Shown here one piece after another: positions 8,466 through 18,524 of a stretch of 64,000 nt of DNA (its first letter is position 1; every line of letters begins with the position of its first letter). This DNA comes from Candidatus Limnocylindrus sp. (GTDB lineage Bacteria; Chloroflexota; Limnocylindria; Limnocylindrales; Limnocylindraceae). A program made the position numbers and the translations under genes. Below the pieces are notes generated by a model. That model was not told the DNA's origin. It saw only the letters and a list, made by a program, of their open reading frames with translations, and did not search any database. The stretch spans positions 11,586 through 75,585 of the forward strand of contig JBBAWM010000004.1 of the NCBI GenBank assembly GCA_040397175.1, in the 5' to 3' direction.

Positions 8466-9806
8466 CTACTTCTGCTTCGGTGGGGCGAGGTGCGTGCGGC
8501 CGCCGAGGTAGGGGTGCAACACCGCGGGAAGCTTTACGGTGCCGTCTGGCTGCGCACCATGCTCCAAGATCGCCGCGAGCACTCGTGGCACTGCAAGGCC
8601 CGAACCATTCAACGTATGCACGAGTTCTGGCTTCTCGCCCTGCGCGGTGCGATAACGAATCGCCATGCGGCGCGCCTGGTAGTCACCAAAGTTTGAGCAG
8701 CTCGAGACCTCGAGCCAGCGCTTCGAGCCTGGCGCCCACACTTCAAGGTCGTACTTGCGCATCTGTACGAAGCCCATGTCGCCGGTTGCCATCAGCAGCA
8801 CGCGATACGGGAGTTCGAGCTGCTTGAGCAGTGACTCGGCGCGCGCGGTCAGCCACTCCAGAGCTGCCGCGGATTCTGCAGGGCGCTCGAAGCTGACCAT
8901 CTCGACCTTGTCGAACTGGTGCAGCCGCAGGATGCCGCGCGTCTCGCGGCCAGCGGCGCCCGCCTCGCGGCGGAAGCAGGGCGTGTAGGCGGCATAGCGG
9001 ATTGGCAGCTGCGTGCCATCGAGGATCTCGTCGCGGTGCATGTTCGTCACCGGGACCTCGGCGGTTGGCGCCAGGTAGAAGCCGTCGCGACCAACCACGT
9101 ACATCTGGTCTTCCTTATCGGGGATCTGCCCTGTGCCACGCGCCGACGCTTCGTTGATCAAGATCGGCGGCCAAATCTCGGTGAAGCCATTCTCGCGCAC
9201 GTGGGTGTCGAGGAAGAGGTTAATGAGCGCGCGAATGAGGGCTGCGCCGTCGGCTCGATATGCGGGGAAGGCGGCACCCGCCACCTTGGCGCCGCGCTCC
9301 AGATCGAAGATGCCGAGTCGCTCGGCCACGACGTCGTGCTCTGGCGCTGCTGCCGTGGCTGGGTCTTCGCCTTTGGCGCCGATCGCCGGGTGCCCTGCGG
9401 GCGCCCAGGTGCGGATCGTGGTGTTCGCTTCGGCCCCACCAACCGGAATGTCTTCGTCGGGAGGATTTGGAATACGGAGGAGTAGATCCTCTAGTTGCGA
9501 CTCAGCGGCGGCGAGCTCCTTCTCGAGCCCCTCCATCTCCGTCGCAACCTTCTGCGACTCAGCCTTGAGTGCGACGACCTTCGGATCAGCGGCGGAAGCG
9601 GCCGGCTTCCCGCCCAGTAGCGCGCCGACCTCGGCAGAGAGACGCTTGCGCTCGGTGCGCAGTGTGTCGACGCGATGTGAAAGTGCACGGCGGGCGGCGT
9701 CGGCCTCGAGGGCTGCATCAACGACCTTCGGGTCTTCGCGCTTGGCGATTGCGCCCGCGCGCAGTCGATCGGCGTCATCGCGAAGTCGCTGTGTGCCCAC
9801 ACTCAT
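8466..9806 (-). CDS. serS: Serine--tRNA ligase
   Basis: N-terminal coiled coil; PTAEVP, CFRREAG, RLHQFDKVE, EVSSCSN and HTLNGSGLA motifs. Confidence 0.96.
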   Translation of the reverse strand: MSVGTQRLRDDADRLRAGAIAKREDPKVVDAALEADAARRALSHRVDTLRTERKRLSAEVGALLGGKPAASAADPKVVALKAESQKVATEMEGLEKELAAAESQLEDLLLRIPNPPDEDIPVGGAEANTTIRTWAPAGHPAIGAKGEDPATAAAPEHDVVAERLGIFDLERGAKVAGAAFPAYRADGAALIRALINLFLDTHVRENGFTEIWPPILINEASARGTGQIPDKEDQMYVVGRDGFYLAPTAEVPVTNMHRDEILDGTQLPIRYAAYTPCFRREAGAAGRETRGILRLHQFDKVEMVSFERPAESAAALEWLTARAESLLKQLELPYRVLLMATGDMGFVQMRKYDLEVWAPGSKRWLEVSSCSNFGDYQARRMAIRYRTAQGEKPELVHTLNGSGLAVPRVLAAILEHGAQPDGTVKLPAVLHPYLGGRTHLAPPKQK

Positions 9807-11431
9807 GCGCTCACCCCCTGTACTGCTGCGGCCGCCCGAAGTCTCGTAAGAATAAGGGTGCGATCGATCGCTGCGAGCAACCAACCCGCGCGCGGACCGT
9901 TCGTTCGGCCGAGGAAGGCGGCGTAGAGCGAGGCGAAGGCACGAACGGGCTGCAGGCCCGCCTCTTTCGCGGCGCTAAAGATGAGCGCCTGCCAGGCGTC
10001 ACCACTGCCGAGTGCGGCGGCATCGGCGGCGATGGCGGCTTCAATCTTTGGGGCGAGGGCACCGAGCCAAGCGCGCTCCTCGGCGCTGAGAGCGGCAACG
10101 GCATCGGTCGGTAACTCTGGGCGCACGGCAATGCGCGCCTCGTCGGGGGCATAATCCCGCAACCAGTTGGTGACGGCGGCGATGCGCTCGTTCAGCTCGG
10201 CAGATTCTGGGGCGGTCAACGAGCTCCCCTTCTCCGCGGCGGCGCGCTCCACGACGTTCACACCCGGAAGCTGCAGCAGGAGCGAGAGCTGCCCGAATGC
10301 TGGGCGCCACGCCGCGGCAACCTCTTTCGCCGCCTCGGCGGTGCTGTCGGTAATTTGGCTAAAGAACTGCAGGCGGTCGTGATCGGGTGGGAGCTCGCCG
10401 CGCACTGTCTTACCGGCGGTGGCGGCGCTGATACGGTCGTACTCGTCGTGCAGGCGTGGAATCGCGTCGCTGCCCGCCGGATCAAAGTCAATGGCGTGGT
10501 TCGGACGTGGCCGCAAGAAGAGGAAGCGCAGCACCTCAGGCGGAATGGACTCCGAGATGGAGTGGACCGCGGCGCCGAGCCCCTTCGAGGTTGACATCTT
10601 TTTGCCGCCAACATTGAGGAACTCGTACATCACGTTGATCGGCGGCTCGCGGTCGAACACCTCGCGCGAGATCGCCTCGCTGCGGTCGCGCGATCCTCCC
10701 TTGGTGCCCAGATCCTTGCCGCACCCTTCGATGGTGACGCCCATGAGCGACCACTTTGCCGCCCACTCCACGTTGAATGGCATCTTCGCCTTGCCACCGA
10801 ACGGGGCGAGTCGCCCCTCATGGCCGCAGCCCTGTGCCCACTTCACATAATCAGGGAGGCAGCGATAGCGAATCGTCTCGCCATCCCAGTCGTCGGAGAG
10901 GGTGGTACCAACTCGACCGCAGGCCTCGCAGATCGCCTGAATGGGGAGCCAGCCCGCGGGTCGCTCCACATTGCTCACTCGTACGTACAGATCGCGAATC
11001 ACCTGCGCCTTGTCGAGAGCGGTGCGAATGAATGGATCGAGCTGCCCCGTTGGGTAGATCTCTGAGAGCCAGTAGAACTCTGGTCGAATGCCGAGGCGCG
11101 CAAAGGTTGGGAAGAAGAGCGTCCCCACAAAGTGTCGCGCGTAGTTTTCAGCGGTGCTGCCCTCGGGGGCTGGGACACGAGATAGGGGCACGCCCATGTA
11201 GCGCTCCACCGCATCGGGGGTGAGGAGTGCCTGTGCATCCATGGCATCCATGTCTTCCACGCCGTAGCGGAACTGCACGGGGATGCCGCGATCGCGCAAC
11301 GCGCGAGCGATGGCGTCGTGCATCACGGGTCCGCGCAGGGAGCCAACGTGCACGGTCCCCGATGGGGTCTTCGAGTCGTTGACGACCTGGGGCCCGGAGA
11401 CGCGTGCGGCGAGTTCGTCTGCCCAATACAT
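9803..11431 (-). CDS. lysS: Lysine--tRNA ligase, class I
   Basis: MYWAD start, TPSGTVHVG (HIGH-like), CEACG Zn knuckle, GKDL and KMSTSKG. Confidence 0.93.
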   Translation of the reverse strand: MYWADELAARVSGPQVVNDSKTPSGTVHVGSLRGPVMHDAIARALRDRGIPVQFRYGVEDMDAMDAQALLTPDAVERYMGVPLSRVPAPEGSTAENYARHFVGTLFFPTFARLGIRPEFYWLSEIYPTGQLDPFIRTALDKAQVIRDLYVRVSNVERPAGWLPIQAICEACGRVGTTLSDDWDGETIRYRCLPDYVKWAQGCGHEGRLAPFGGKAKMPFNVEWAAKWSLMGVTIEGCGKDLGTKGGSRDRSEAISREVFDREPPINVMYEFLNVGGKKMSTSKGLGAAVHSISESIPPEVLRFLFLRPRPNHAIDFDPAGSDAIPRLHDEYDRISAATAGKTVRGELPPDHDRLQFFSQITDSTAEAAKEVAAAWRPAFGQLSLLLQLPGVNVVERAAAEKGSSLTAPESAELNERIAAVTNWLRDYAPDEARIAVRPELPTDAVAALSAEERAWLGALAPKIEAAIAADAAALGSGDAWQALIFSAAKEAGLQPVRAFASLYAAFLGRTNGPRAGWLLAAIDRTLILTRLRAAAAVQGVSA

Positions 11432-11460
11432 GCTGGGAATCCTAGCGCCCGCGGCGACGA

Positions 11461-11928
11461 TTAGCCCCGCTGAGCGAGTTCGGTCAGCCGCTTGCGGAGT
11501 TTGCGCATCGCCGCCGCGTCGCTCACGGCCACGAAGAGGGTGTCATCCCCCGCCACCGTGCCAACGATCTCGGGGATTCGCAGGCGATCAAGGGAGGCGG
11601 CGATCGCGTGCGCGCTCCCAGGGAGCGTCTTTAGGACCAAGATGGAGCCGGCGACCGAAGCTTCAAGCGGGATCTCGCCGAGCAGCGCCTGCAGGCGATC
11701 CTCGGCGGCAATCTCGATCGAGCGCCCTGGTGGGAACGCGTAGGCCGGCGAGCCGCCGCGATCCACCTTGATCAAGCCGAGTTCGGTGATATCTCGGCTG
11801 AGGGTCGCCTGCGTGGCCGGGATCCCCTGTCGCTTCAGTGCGGTTGCCAGTTCTCGTTGGGTGCGAATCGCCTGCCGAGAAACGATGTCGCGCAGCGCGC
11901 GGTGGCGAACGCTCTTGCCGAGGTCCAC
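11461..11928 (-). CDS. argR: Arginine repressor
   Basis: TQATLSRDI winged-HTH; KTLPGSA and GTVAGDDT motifs. Confidence 0.93.
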   Translation of the reverse strand: MDLGKSVRHRALRDIVSRQAIRTQRELATALKRQGIPATQATLSRDITELGLIKVDRGGSPAYAFPPGRSIEIAAEDRLQALLGEIPLEASVAGSILVLKTLPGSAHAIAASLDRLRIPEIVGTVAGDDTLFVAVSDAAAMRKLRKRLTELAQRG

Positions 11929-12785
11929 TACAGGCCGCCTCGCAGCACAACGGAGGCAACAAGGACGGCGGCAAACGCGAATCGATAGACAACGAAGATG
12001 CGCGTGCTTCCACCATCCAGGATGCGGAAGAGGAGCTTGATGGCGAAGAGCCCGGAGACGAAGGCACTCACCACACCGATCAGCAGCAGTGGTGCGCTCG
12101 CCGCAAGGTCTTCGCTCGACTCGAGGAGGTGCTTGAGTTCAATGGTGCCGGCGCCGGCAATCGCTGGAATGCCGAGCAGGAAGCCGAATCGTGCCGCCGC
12201 ATCACGACGAAACCCTAAGAGGAGTCCGCCGCTGATGGTTGCACCGGAGCGGCTGATCCCAGGGATCAGCGCCAGAGCTTGCGCCAGGCCAACCATGAGC
12301 CCATCGATCACCCCCACGCTTTGCAGTGGTCGCTCGCGCGTGCCGAACCTCTCAGCAAACCAGAGCAGCAACGCTCCGGTGGTCACCGCCGCCGCAACGA
12401 TCAGTGGAGTGCGCACGGCGCTCTCAAGCGCATCGCCCGCGGCGACGCCGACGAGAACGGCGGGGATCGTGCCGATGACGATCGCGACAATAAGTCGCTC
12501 ATCTGATGATTCGCCACGGTGACGCCCAAGCGAGGTCAGAATGCGCAGCGCAACACGCGTGAGTCGCACCACGTCACTGCGCAGCGCAACGAGTACTGCG
12601 GCGAGGGTACCAAGGTGAATGACCGCGCCAAAGGCGAGCGACGAGAGGAGTGGGTCGCTCATGCCGAACAGGTACGGAATAGCGTAGAGGTGCGCCGACG
12701 AGGAGATCGGCAAGAATTCGGTTGCACCTTGCACGAGCCCAAGGAGCAGGGCGATCAGCGCCGCAGAAACGGGATCACTACCCAT
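11928..12785 (-). CDS. uppP: Undecaprenyl-diphosphate phosphatase
   Basis: QGATEFLPISSSAH and PGISRSGATI motifs; GAGGAGG RBS. Confidence 0.93.
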   Translation of the reverse strand: MGSDPVSAALIALLLGLVQGATEFLPISSSAHLYAIPYLFGMSDPLLSSLAFGAVIHLGTLAAVLVALRSDVVRLTRVALRILTSLGRHRGESSDERLIVAIVIGTIPAVLVGVAAGDALESAVRTPLIVAAAVTTGALLLWFAERFGTRERPLQSVGVIDGLMVGLAQALALIPGISRSGATISGGLLLGFRRDAAARFGFLLGIPAIAGAGTIELKHLLESSEDLAASAPLLLIGVVSAFVSGLFAIKLLFRILDGGSTRIFVVYRFAFAAVLVASVVLRGGL

Positions 12786-12896
12786 TGGCCCCTCCTCTTG
12801 TACAAGTACGCGCCGACCTGGCGCTGTGGGGGCATAGCATGAGGCGGCGCCCCCCAAATGGGAAGCACCGCCTCAAAGAGCTGCCTGAGCGCGGCA

Positions 12897-15098
12897 TTAA
12901 CCGCGAATAAAGAGCGGAGCGAGCACCAGGGTGACGGTGGCCAGCAGCTTCACGAGAACGTGCAGCGATGGGCCAGCGGTGTCCTTGAACGGGTCGCCGA
13001 CGGTGTCGCCAACGACGGCGGCCGCGTGGGCATCGCTCCCCTTGCCGAGGACCTTCCCCTTCTCGTCTTTGAGTCCGCCCGACTCGATGAACTTCTTGGC
13101 GTTGTCCCATGCTCCGCCGGAGTTGTTCAAAACCGTGGCAAGGAGTACGCCGCTGATCGTTCCCACGATGAGCATGCCTGCAACCGCCTCTGCACCGAGC
13201 AACATCCCAACGAGGACAGGGGTTGCCACCGCAACCAACCCTGGTGCGATCATCTCGCGCAGGGCGGCAATGGTGGTGATGTCAACGACGCGAGCGTAGT
13301 CCGGTCGCGCCTTGTAGGTCATGAGGCCAGGAATCTCACGGAACTGACGCCGCACCTCCACGATGATCGCCTGCGCCGTGCGCCCGACGGCGCGGATGGC
13401 GAGCGAGCTGAAGAAGTACGCGAGCATCGCGCCGATGAAGGCGCCAATGAAGACGTTCACATGCGCCAAGTTGACCGAATCAATGAGCGGCTTTCCAGCA
13501 CGCTCAAGGATGAGGTTCACCTTGTCGAGGTAGGCCGAGAAGAGCAGGAAGGCGGCGAGCGATGCCGAAGCGATCGCATACCCCTTGGTGAGCGCCTTCG
13601 TCGTGTTGCCGACGGCATCGAGCTTGTCGGTCACATCACGCACCTTCTGTGGTGCGCGGCTGAACTCGGCAATGCCACCTGCGTTATCGGTGATCGGCCC
13701 AAACGTGTCCATCGCCAAGATGTAGGCGGTGGTCATGAGCATGCCGACCGTTGCAACGGCGGTGCCGAAGATGCCGAATTTCTCAAGCGCAACGCCCGTG
13801 AGGCCAGCGGCGATTCCCGCCTGCGTGCCGAGCCAGTTCGAGGCGAAGATCGCCGCCGAGATGGCGACTGCGGTAACCAGCGTGGTTTCAAAACCAACGG
13901 CGGTCCCCGCAATGATGTTCGTGCCAGCGCCAGTGCGGCTCGCCTGTGCGATTTCACGTACTGGCCGATAGGAACCGGCCGTATAGAACTGGGTGATGTA
14001 GACGAATGCCACGCTTGTGGCCAGGCCGACAAGGCCGGCACCGAAGAACCAGAGCCAGGCGTTCGAGCTCCCAGCGTTCAACATCACAGCGCAGGCAAGC
14101 GCGAGGCCCGCTGCAGAAAAGATGGTGGTCGCCCAGTAGCCGCGGTTCAGGATGTTCATTGGATTCTCTTTGTTGTTGCCGCGCACGAAGGCCATGGCAA
14201 CGATGGTGCTGAGCAGCCCGAAGGCGTGCACGACGAGCGGGAAGAAGATCCAGGACTCTGGGTGTGCCCAGCCCATGGACTGTGCGATCTTGAACGCACC
14301 GACGCCCAAGATCATCGCCCCGATGTTCTCGGCGGCAGTTGACTCAAAGAGGTCGGCGCCGCGACCGGCGCAGTCACCCACGTTGTCGCCAACGAGGTCG
14401 GCGATCACGCCGGCATTGCGAGGGTCGTCTTCTGGGATGCCCTTCTCCACCTTGCCCACAAGGTCAGAGCCAACGTCGGCAGCCTTGGTGTAGATGCCGC
14501 CGCCGAGCTGGGCGAAGAGCGCAACGAATGATGCACCGAAGCCGTAGCCGACGATGAGGAATGGCGCCTCGGCTGGGCGCTCAAGTCCACCGAAGAAGAC
14601 GAAGACGGCGTACACGCCGAGCAGTGAGAGTGCGGCAACAAGGAAGCCGGAGACGGCTCCGCCGCGCATGGCAACCTGTACCGCCTTGACGACGCCCTGG
14701 CGGGCGGCGGCGGTGGTGCGCAGGTTCGCCTTCACGCTGACGTACATACCGATGACGCCCGACACCATGGAGCAGGCGGCACCAAAGATGAACGCGATTC
14801 CGGTTCGAATTCCGAGGTCTGCCCCGTAGACAGGGGTGTCGGCCACGGCAGCGGTCTCAAAGTTTGCGATCAGCGCGCCGATCAGCACCGCCATCGCCAC
14901 GGAGAGCACACCAATGGTGATGTATTGACGCCGCATGAATGCCACGGCGCCCTCGAAGATCATGCCCGCAACGTCTTGCATGGCGGGCGTCCCCTTGTCG
15001 CGGCGCACGACATCATTGGCCATCCACAAGGCGAACAGGATTGCGGTGATCGCCGCTGGGAGCACGAGCCCCTGAAGCGTGAGTGACGTGATTTCCAT
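12897..15098 (-). CDS. hppA: Membrane-bound pyrophosphate-energised pump, probably K+-independent H+-PPase
   Basis: GGGIYTKAADVGSDLVGKVE, EDDPRN, DLVGDNVGD and GDTVGDPFKD; GNTTKA carries the Lys signature of K+-independent enzymes. Confidence 0.95.
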   Translation of the reverse strand: MEITSLTLQGLVLPAAITAILFALWMANDVVRRDKGTPAMQDVAGMIFEGAVAFMRRQYITIGVLSVAMAVLIGALIANFETAAVADTPVYGADLGIRTGIAFIFGAACSMVSGVIGMYVSVKANLRTTAAARQGVVKAVQVAMRGGAVSGFLVAALSLLGVYAVFVFFGGLERPAEAPFLIVGYGFGASFVALFAQLGGGIYTKAADVGSDLVGKVEKGIPEDDPRNAGVIADLVGDNVGDCAGRGADLFESTAAENIGAMILGVGAFKIAQSMGWAHPESWIFFPLVVHAFGLLSTIVAMAFVRGNNKENPMNILNRGYWATTIFSAAGLALACAVMLNAGSSNAWLWFFGAGLVGLATSVAFVYITQFYTAGSYRPVREIAQASRTGAGTNIIAGTAVGFETTLVTAVAISAAIFASNWLGTQAGIAAGLTGVALEKFGIFGTAVATVGMLMTTAYILAMDTFGPITDNAGGIAEFSRAPQKVRDVTDKLDAVGNTTKALTKGYAIASASLAAFLLFSAYLDKVNLILERAGKPLIDSVNLAHVNVFIGAFIGAMLAYFFSSLAIRAVGRTAQAIIVEVRRQFREIPGLMTYKARPDYARVVDITTIAALREMIAPGLVAVATPVLVGMLLGAEAVAGMLIVGTISGVLLATVLNNSGGAWDNAKKFIESGGLKDEKGKVLGKGSDAHAAAVVGDTVGDPFKDTAGPSLHVLVKLLATVTLVLAPLFIRG

Positions 15099-15225
15099 TT
15101 TCGTATTCCTCCGATGCGTCCAGTCCGTCGCGTGGCCGCGGTGCTGAGCACCGCGCTTCGGGTCGGGCGTCTGTCGGGCTGCAGGTCGCCGACGCGACCC
15201 GCCAGGATGGGCTCCTGGTGAGGTG

Positions 15226-15255
15226 ATGGTACGGGGAGGCCCCGCCGTGGGTCAA
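15226..15255 (-). promoter_or_regulatory. Promoter of hppA
   Basis: Minus strand TTGACC, 18 bp, TACCAT; implies a ~120-nt leader. Confidence 0.55.
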
Positions 15256-15287
15256 CCACACACCCTCCCCCACCTATACTCAGCGGG

Positions 15288-15854
15288 ATGCGACTCCGAA
15301 GACTAGCCATAGAGATCGTGCAGACGGTGGCGCTAACCATCCTCGCCTTCTATCTCCTGCAGACCTTCGTGGCACAGCCCTTCCGGGTCGAGCAGGGCTC
15401 GATGCGCCAAACCCTTGAGCCTGGCCAGTACGTTCTCGCCGACAAGCTCACCGCGGCGCTCACCGGCTATCACCGTGGGGATATCGTGATCTTCCACCCG
15501 CCCGCCACCTGGCCCGCCGACTCGCTCGGCACCCCATATATCAAGCGCGTGATCGGCCTCCCCGGGGAGACCATCGACATTGCCGACGGGATCGTCAGCA
15601 TCGATGGGGTCCCAGTCGACGAGACCTACGTCTACCGCGACGGTGGCGGTGATGGAGCGGGCGAGACTGGCCACTGGGTCCTCGGGCCGAGTGAACTCCT
15701 CGTCTTCGGCGATCACCGTTCGAACTCCTCCGATTCCCGAGCCTACGGTCCAATCCCCACGACAAGCGTCATCGGACGAGCAGTGTTGCGCTACTTCCCG
15801 ATCAACCTGCTGACCATCATCACTCCACCGATCTACCGTCAGGCTGCACCGTAA
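15288..15854 (+). CDS. lepB: Signal peptidase I
   Basis: GSM catalytic Ser, YIKRVIGLPG and GDHRSNSSDSR; TATACT 7 nt before ATG. Confidence 0.93.
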   Translation: MRLRRLAIEIVQTVALTILAFYLLQTFVAQPFRVEQGSMRQTLEPGQYVLADKLTAALTGYHRGDIVIFHPPATWPADSLGTPYIKRVIGLPGETIDIADGIVSIDGVPVDETYVYRDGGGDGAGETGHWVLGPSELLVFGDHRSNSSDSRAYGPIPTTSVIGRAVLRYFPINLLTIITPPIYRQAAP

Positions 15855-16463
15855 ATGCCCAGCCTTGAACTACCACTCGTCCTTGTCGCCATCTTGGCTG
15901 GCTCGCTGGCGGTCACTAGCGCGGGTCGTGGCGCCTGGGTTGCCATCGCCGTCCTCGCACTGAGCTCGAGCGCGTTGGAATTTTCAGTCGCAGACCCCAA
16001 CCGTATCGGCCTCATGCTGCGACTCTCCGCCATCGGCATCGGTCTCGCTGCCGCCATCCCTGAAAACCTCTTCGAACGCGAAGCGTTGCGACGCGACCTT
16101 GCCCTGCGCACCCTCGTGCGCACGCTGCGTGAGCACCCTGTTGTTGTCGCCAGTGCCTTGGCGGGTCTCTTACTTGGACTCGTGCCCCTTGCGCTGCCGA
16201 TCGAATCGAGTAGTGATGCACTCCGCGCCGCAGGCATCGCCCTCCTCGTCGTTGGCCTTCCGCCGCTCCTCACGAGTCGCTTCATCGAGGCCACCACGCG
16301 CGCCGCAGTCGTGACCCTCGCGGGAACACTCCTCTTGCGCACCTCGATCTTTGGAGCACTCGATCCGCTTGCCGCCCTCGCAGTCGGCGCCGGGTTCACC
16401 TGCATCCTGGTCGTTGGGGGAGGTGTCGCAACGCGCATCTCGAATGCGGAGGAGGAGCGGTGA
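15855..16463 (+). CDS. Hypothetical multi-pass membrane protein
   Basis: Several hydrophobic segments; abuts lepB and overlaps the next gene by GTGA. Confidence 0.7.
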   Translation: MPSLELPLVLVAILAGSLAVTSAGRGAWVAIAVLALSSSALEFSVADPNRIGLMLRLSAIGIGLAAAIPENLFEREALRRDLALRTLVRTLREHPVVVASALAGLLLGLVPLALPIESSSDALRAAGIALLVVGLPPLLTSRFIEATTRAAVVTLAGTLLLRTSIFGALDPLAALAVGAGFTCILVVGGGVATRISNAEEER

Positions 16464-18025
16464 CGGCTGAGAACGCCATAACGGCGATTCGTGCAATCTT
16501 CCCGGTCTTGACGGCGCTCGCATCTCTCGCCCTTGTTCCACTGATCCGACTTTGGCGCGGCCCACAGCGCGATGACGCTGCAACGTACGCGACGTTCGCC
16601 GTGCAGCTCTTGCTGCTCGTCACCGCCGTTGGTGCAGCACTGGCCGGGGCGGGCTACCTCTCCACACTCAAGATTGGCCAGATCACGATCGACCCATCCG
16701 AGCCCGGCCGCCTGCTGGTGCTCCTTGGCGGCATCGTCTTCGCCGTGATCGTTGGCGCAGGTGAGGGGCGCCGAGCGGGCACCATGGGACAGATTGCCCT
16801 CTTCGGCATCGCCGCAATTGATCTTGCCTTGGCAATTCCATCGGGAATCGCACCGATCGCACTCCTCCTCTTCGCTAGCCTGGGAATCTCGGGGGCGGCT
16901 GCAAGCGGCAAAGATGATGTGGGTCGTGCGCGCGCGGTCTTCCGCGACCTCCGCACCGTTTCGCTCCTACTCCCTGCAGTCGTGATCGCAGAAATCTTGC
17001 GCACCGCCATCTCGTACGCCGCGATTGACGCCTCGTATGCAACCCCAGCATCGCTCGCTGCGGGCACCGCACTCGGCGTCTCGCTCGTGCTCATCGTGGC
17101 GGCTGGAGTCTTCCCCTTCCACAATCGGCTCATCAAGATCTTTGAGGCGCTCCCAATCGTCGGCTCACTACTCGTCGGGGTGTGGATCCCCTCGGCACTG
17201 GCCCTAATCGTAATGAGTGAGCTCTCTGCGCTTGCCGGCAGCATCACCGATCCGCTGGGTGGCGCAATCGTGCCCGGCATCCTGCTTGCGGGAGCGGCGA
17301 CGCTCACCTTCGGTGCGGTCTCAGCACTCCTGCACGACGACATCGGCGAGATCGTGGGCTACATCGCGGTGGGCAATGCCGGTTGGTTGGCCCTCGCCGC
17401 AGCGGCGGCTCTGCAATCGCCAGCTGACACCTCGTCACGCCTCATCGTGCTCCCTGGAATGTTGACCATCTCGCTCTTTGGCCTCTGGCTCGTCAGCGTG
17501 CGTCGACGATATGGAACCACCTCAATCAGTGAACTCGGTGGATGGGCGCGTCGTACGGGGGCGAATGGGATTGCGCTCGCCGCTGCCATCGTTGCGCTCG
17601 CTGCACTACCACCAGGTGCGGTACTGGCCGCGCGACTCAACCTACTTCTGCTCGGTGGGAATCCGCTGATTGCGCTCTTTGCGGTTGTCGGTCAGGTCAT
17701 TCTGATCGTTGCGGCAATTCGCCTCCTCCTGGTTGGATTCACCCCACAAAGTCAGGCCGTTCACGAAGCAGAGACGCGACCGTTCGCCAACCTCATCACG
17801 GTGTCGCTCGTCGTTGGCGCACTCTTTGTTGCCGCGGCGGCAGCTGGCTGGCTCGCCCTCGAGTCGGGTGGAACCGGCGCGCTCCCTCCAGCCCCGAGCC
17901 TGTCACCGGCCGTGAGCTTTGATCCGGTGCCGAGCGGTGAACCAACGCCGAGCGCGTCGGCTTCACCAAATCTATCGCCAGAGGTGAGTCCGTCAAGTAG
18001 CGGGGAGATGTCGCCAGCGCCGTAG
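16460..18025 (+). CDS. Divergent NuoN/MrpD-like (proton-conducting transporter) membrane protein with Pro/Ser-rich tail
   Basis: AGVFPFH, GAVSAL..DDI..I.GY, ISELGGWARR and LAALPPG resemble complex I/Mrp membrane subunits. Confidence 0.6.
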   Translation: MTAENAITAIRAIFPVLTALASLALVPLIRLWRGPQRDDAATYATFAVQLLLLVTAVGAALAGAGYLSTLKIGQITIDPSEPGRLLVLLGGIVFAVIVGAGEGRRAGTMGQIALFGIAAIDLALAIPSGIAPIALLLFASLGISGAAASGKDDVGRARAVFRDLRTVSLLLPAVVIAEILRTAISYAAIDASYATPASLAAGTALGVSLVLIVAAGVFPFHNRLIKIFEALPIVGSLLVGVWIPSALALIVMSELSALAGSITDPLGGAIVPGILLAGAATLTFGAVSALLHDDIGEIVGYIAVGNAGWLALAAAAALQSPADTSSRLIVLPGMLTISLFGLWLVSVRRRYGTTSISELGGWARRTGANGIALAAAIVALAALPPGAVLAARLNLLLLGGNPLIALFAVVGQVILIVAAIRLLLVGFTPQSQAVHEAETRPFANLITVSLVVGALFVAAAAAGWLALESGGTGALPPAPSLSPAVSFDPVPSGEPTPSASASPNLSPEVSPSSSGEMSPAP

Positions 18026-18047
18026 CGACTAGCGGTCGCGAGGTAGG

Positions 18048-18515
18048 CTACTCCTCGTCGGAGAGGATCCAGGCGTCGGTGGCGCGGGTGTACTCAACCA
18101 ATCCACCCTCTGGGAACCAGAGTGCAATCTCTGCGGCGGCGGTTTCTAGTGCGTCAGATGCGTGAATCAAATTCTTTGCGGTCTCCAGGGCGAAGTCGCC
18201 GCGAATCGTTCCTGGGGCCGCTTCATGCGGTTTCGTTGCGCCCACCATAGAGCGCACCACAGCGATCGCGTTTGGTCCTTCAAGGACCATCGCTACAACT
18301 GGGCCCGACGAGATGAATTCCACGAGGCCCTTGAAGAATGGGCGCGCTGCATGGACCGCGTAATGTGTTTCAGCAAGTTTTGCGCTCACCGGCGCAATCT
18401 TAAGGGCGACGATCTTGAGGCCGCGCTCTTCGAACCGCGTAATGACGCGGCCAGCGAGCTGACGCTGCACGCCGTCTGGCTTGACGAGGACAAGGGTGCG
18501 CTGGCTGGTGCTCAT
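18048..18515 (-). CDS. ndk: Nucleoside-diphosphate kinase
   Basis: RTLVLVKPDGVQR, PGTIRGDF and NLIHASD motifs. Confidence 0.97.
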   Translation of the reverse strand: MSTSQRTLVLVKPDGVQRQLAGRVITRFEERGLKIVALKIAPVSAKLAETHYAVHAARPFFKGLVEFISSGPVVAMVLEGPNAIAVVRSMVGATKPHEAAPGTIRGDFALETAKNLIHASDALETAAAEIALWFPEGGLVEYTRATDAWILSDEE

Positions 18516-18524
18516 AGCGTCAGG

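Noticed and set aside
12858-14342. 494-aa plus-strand ORF antisense to hppA (likewise 61075-62436 opposite nrdJ, 31757-32818, 28125-29192, 20563-21576 and 7818-8696)
   Set aside because: Shadow ORFs expected from high-GC codon bias; no motifs, and they overlap well-supported genes
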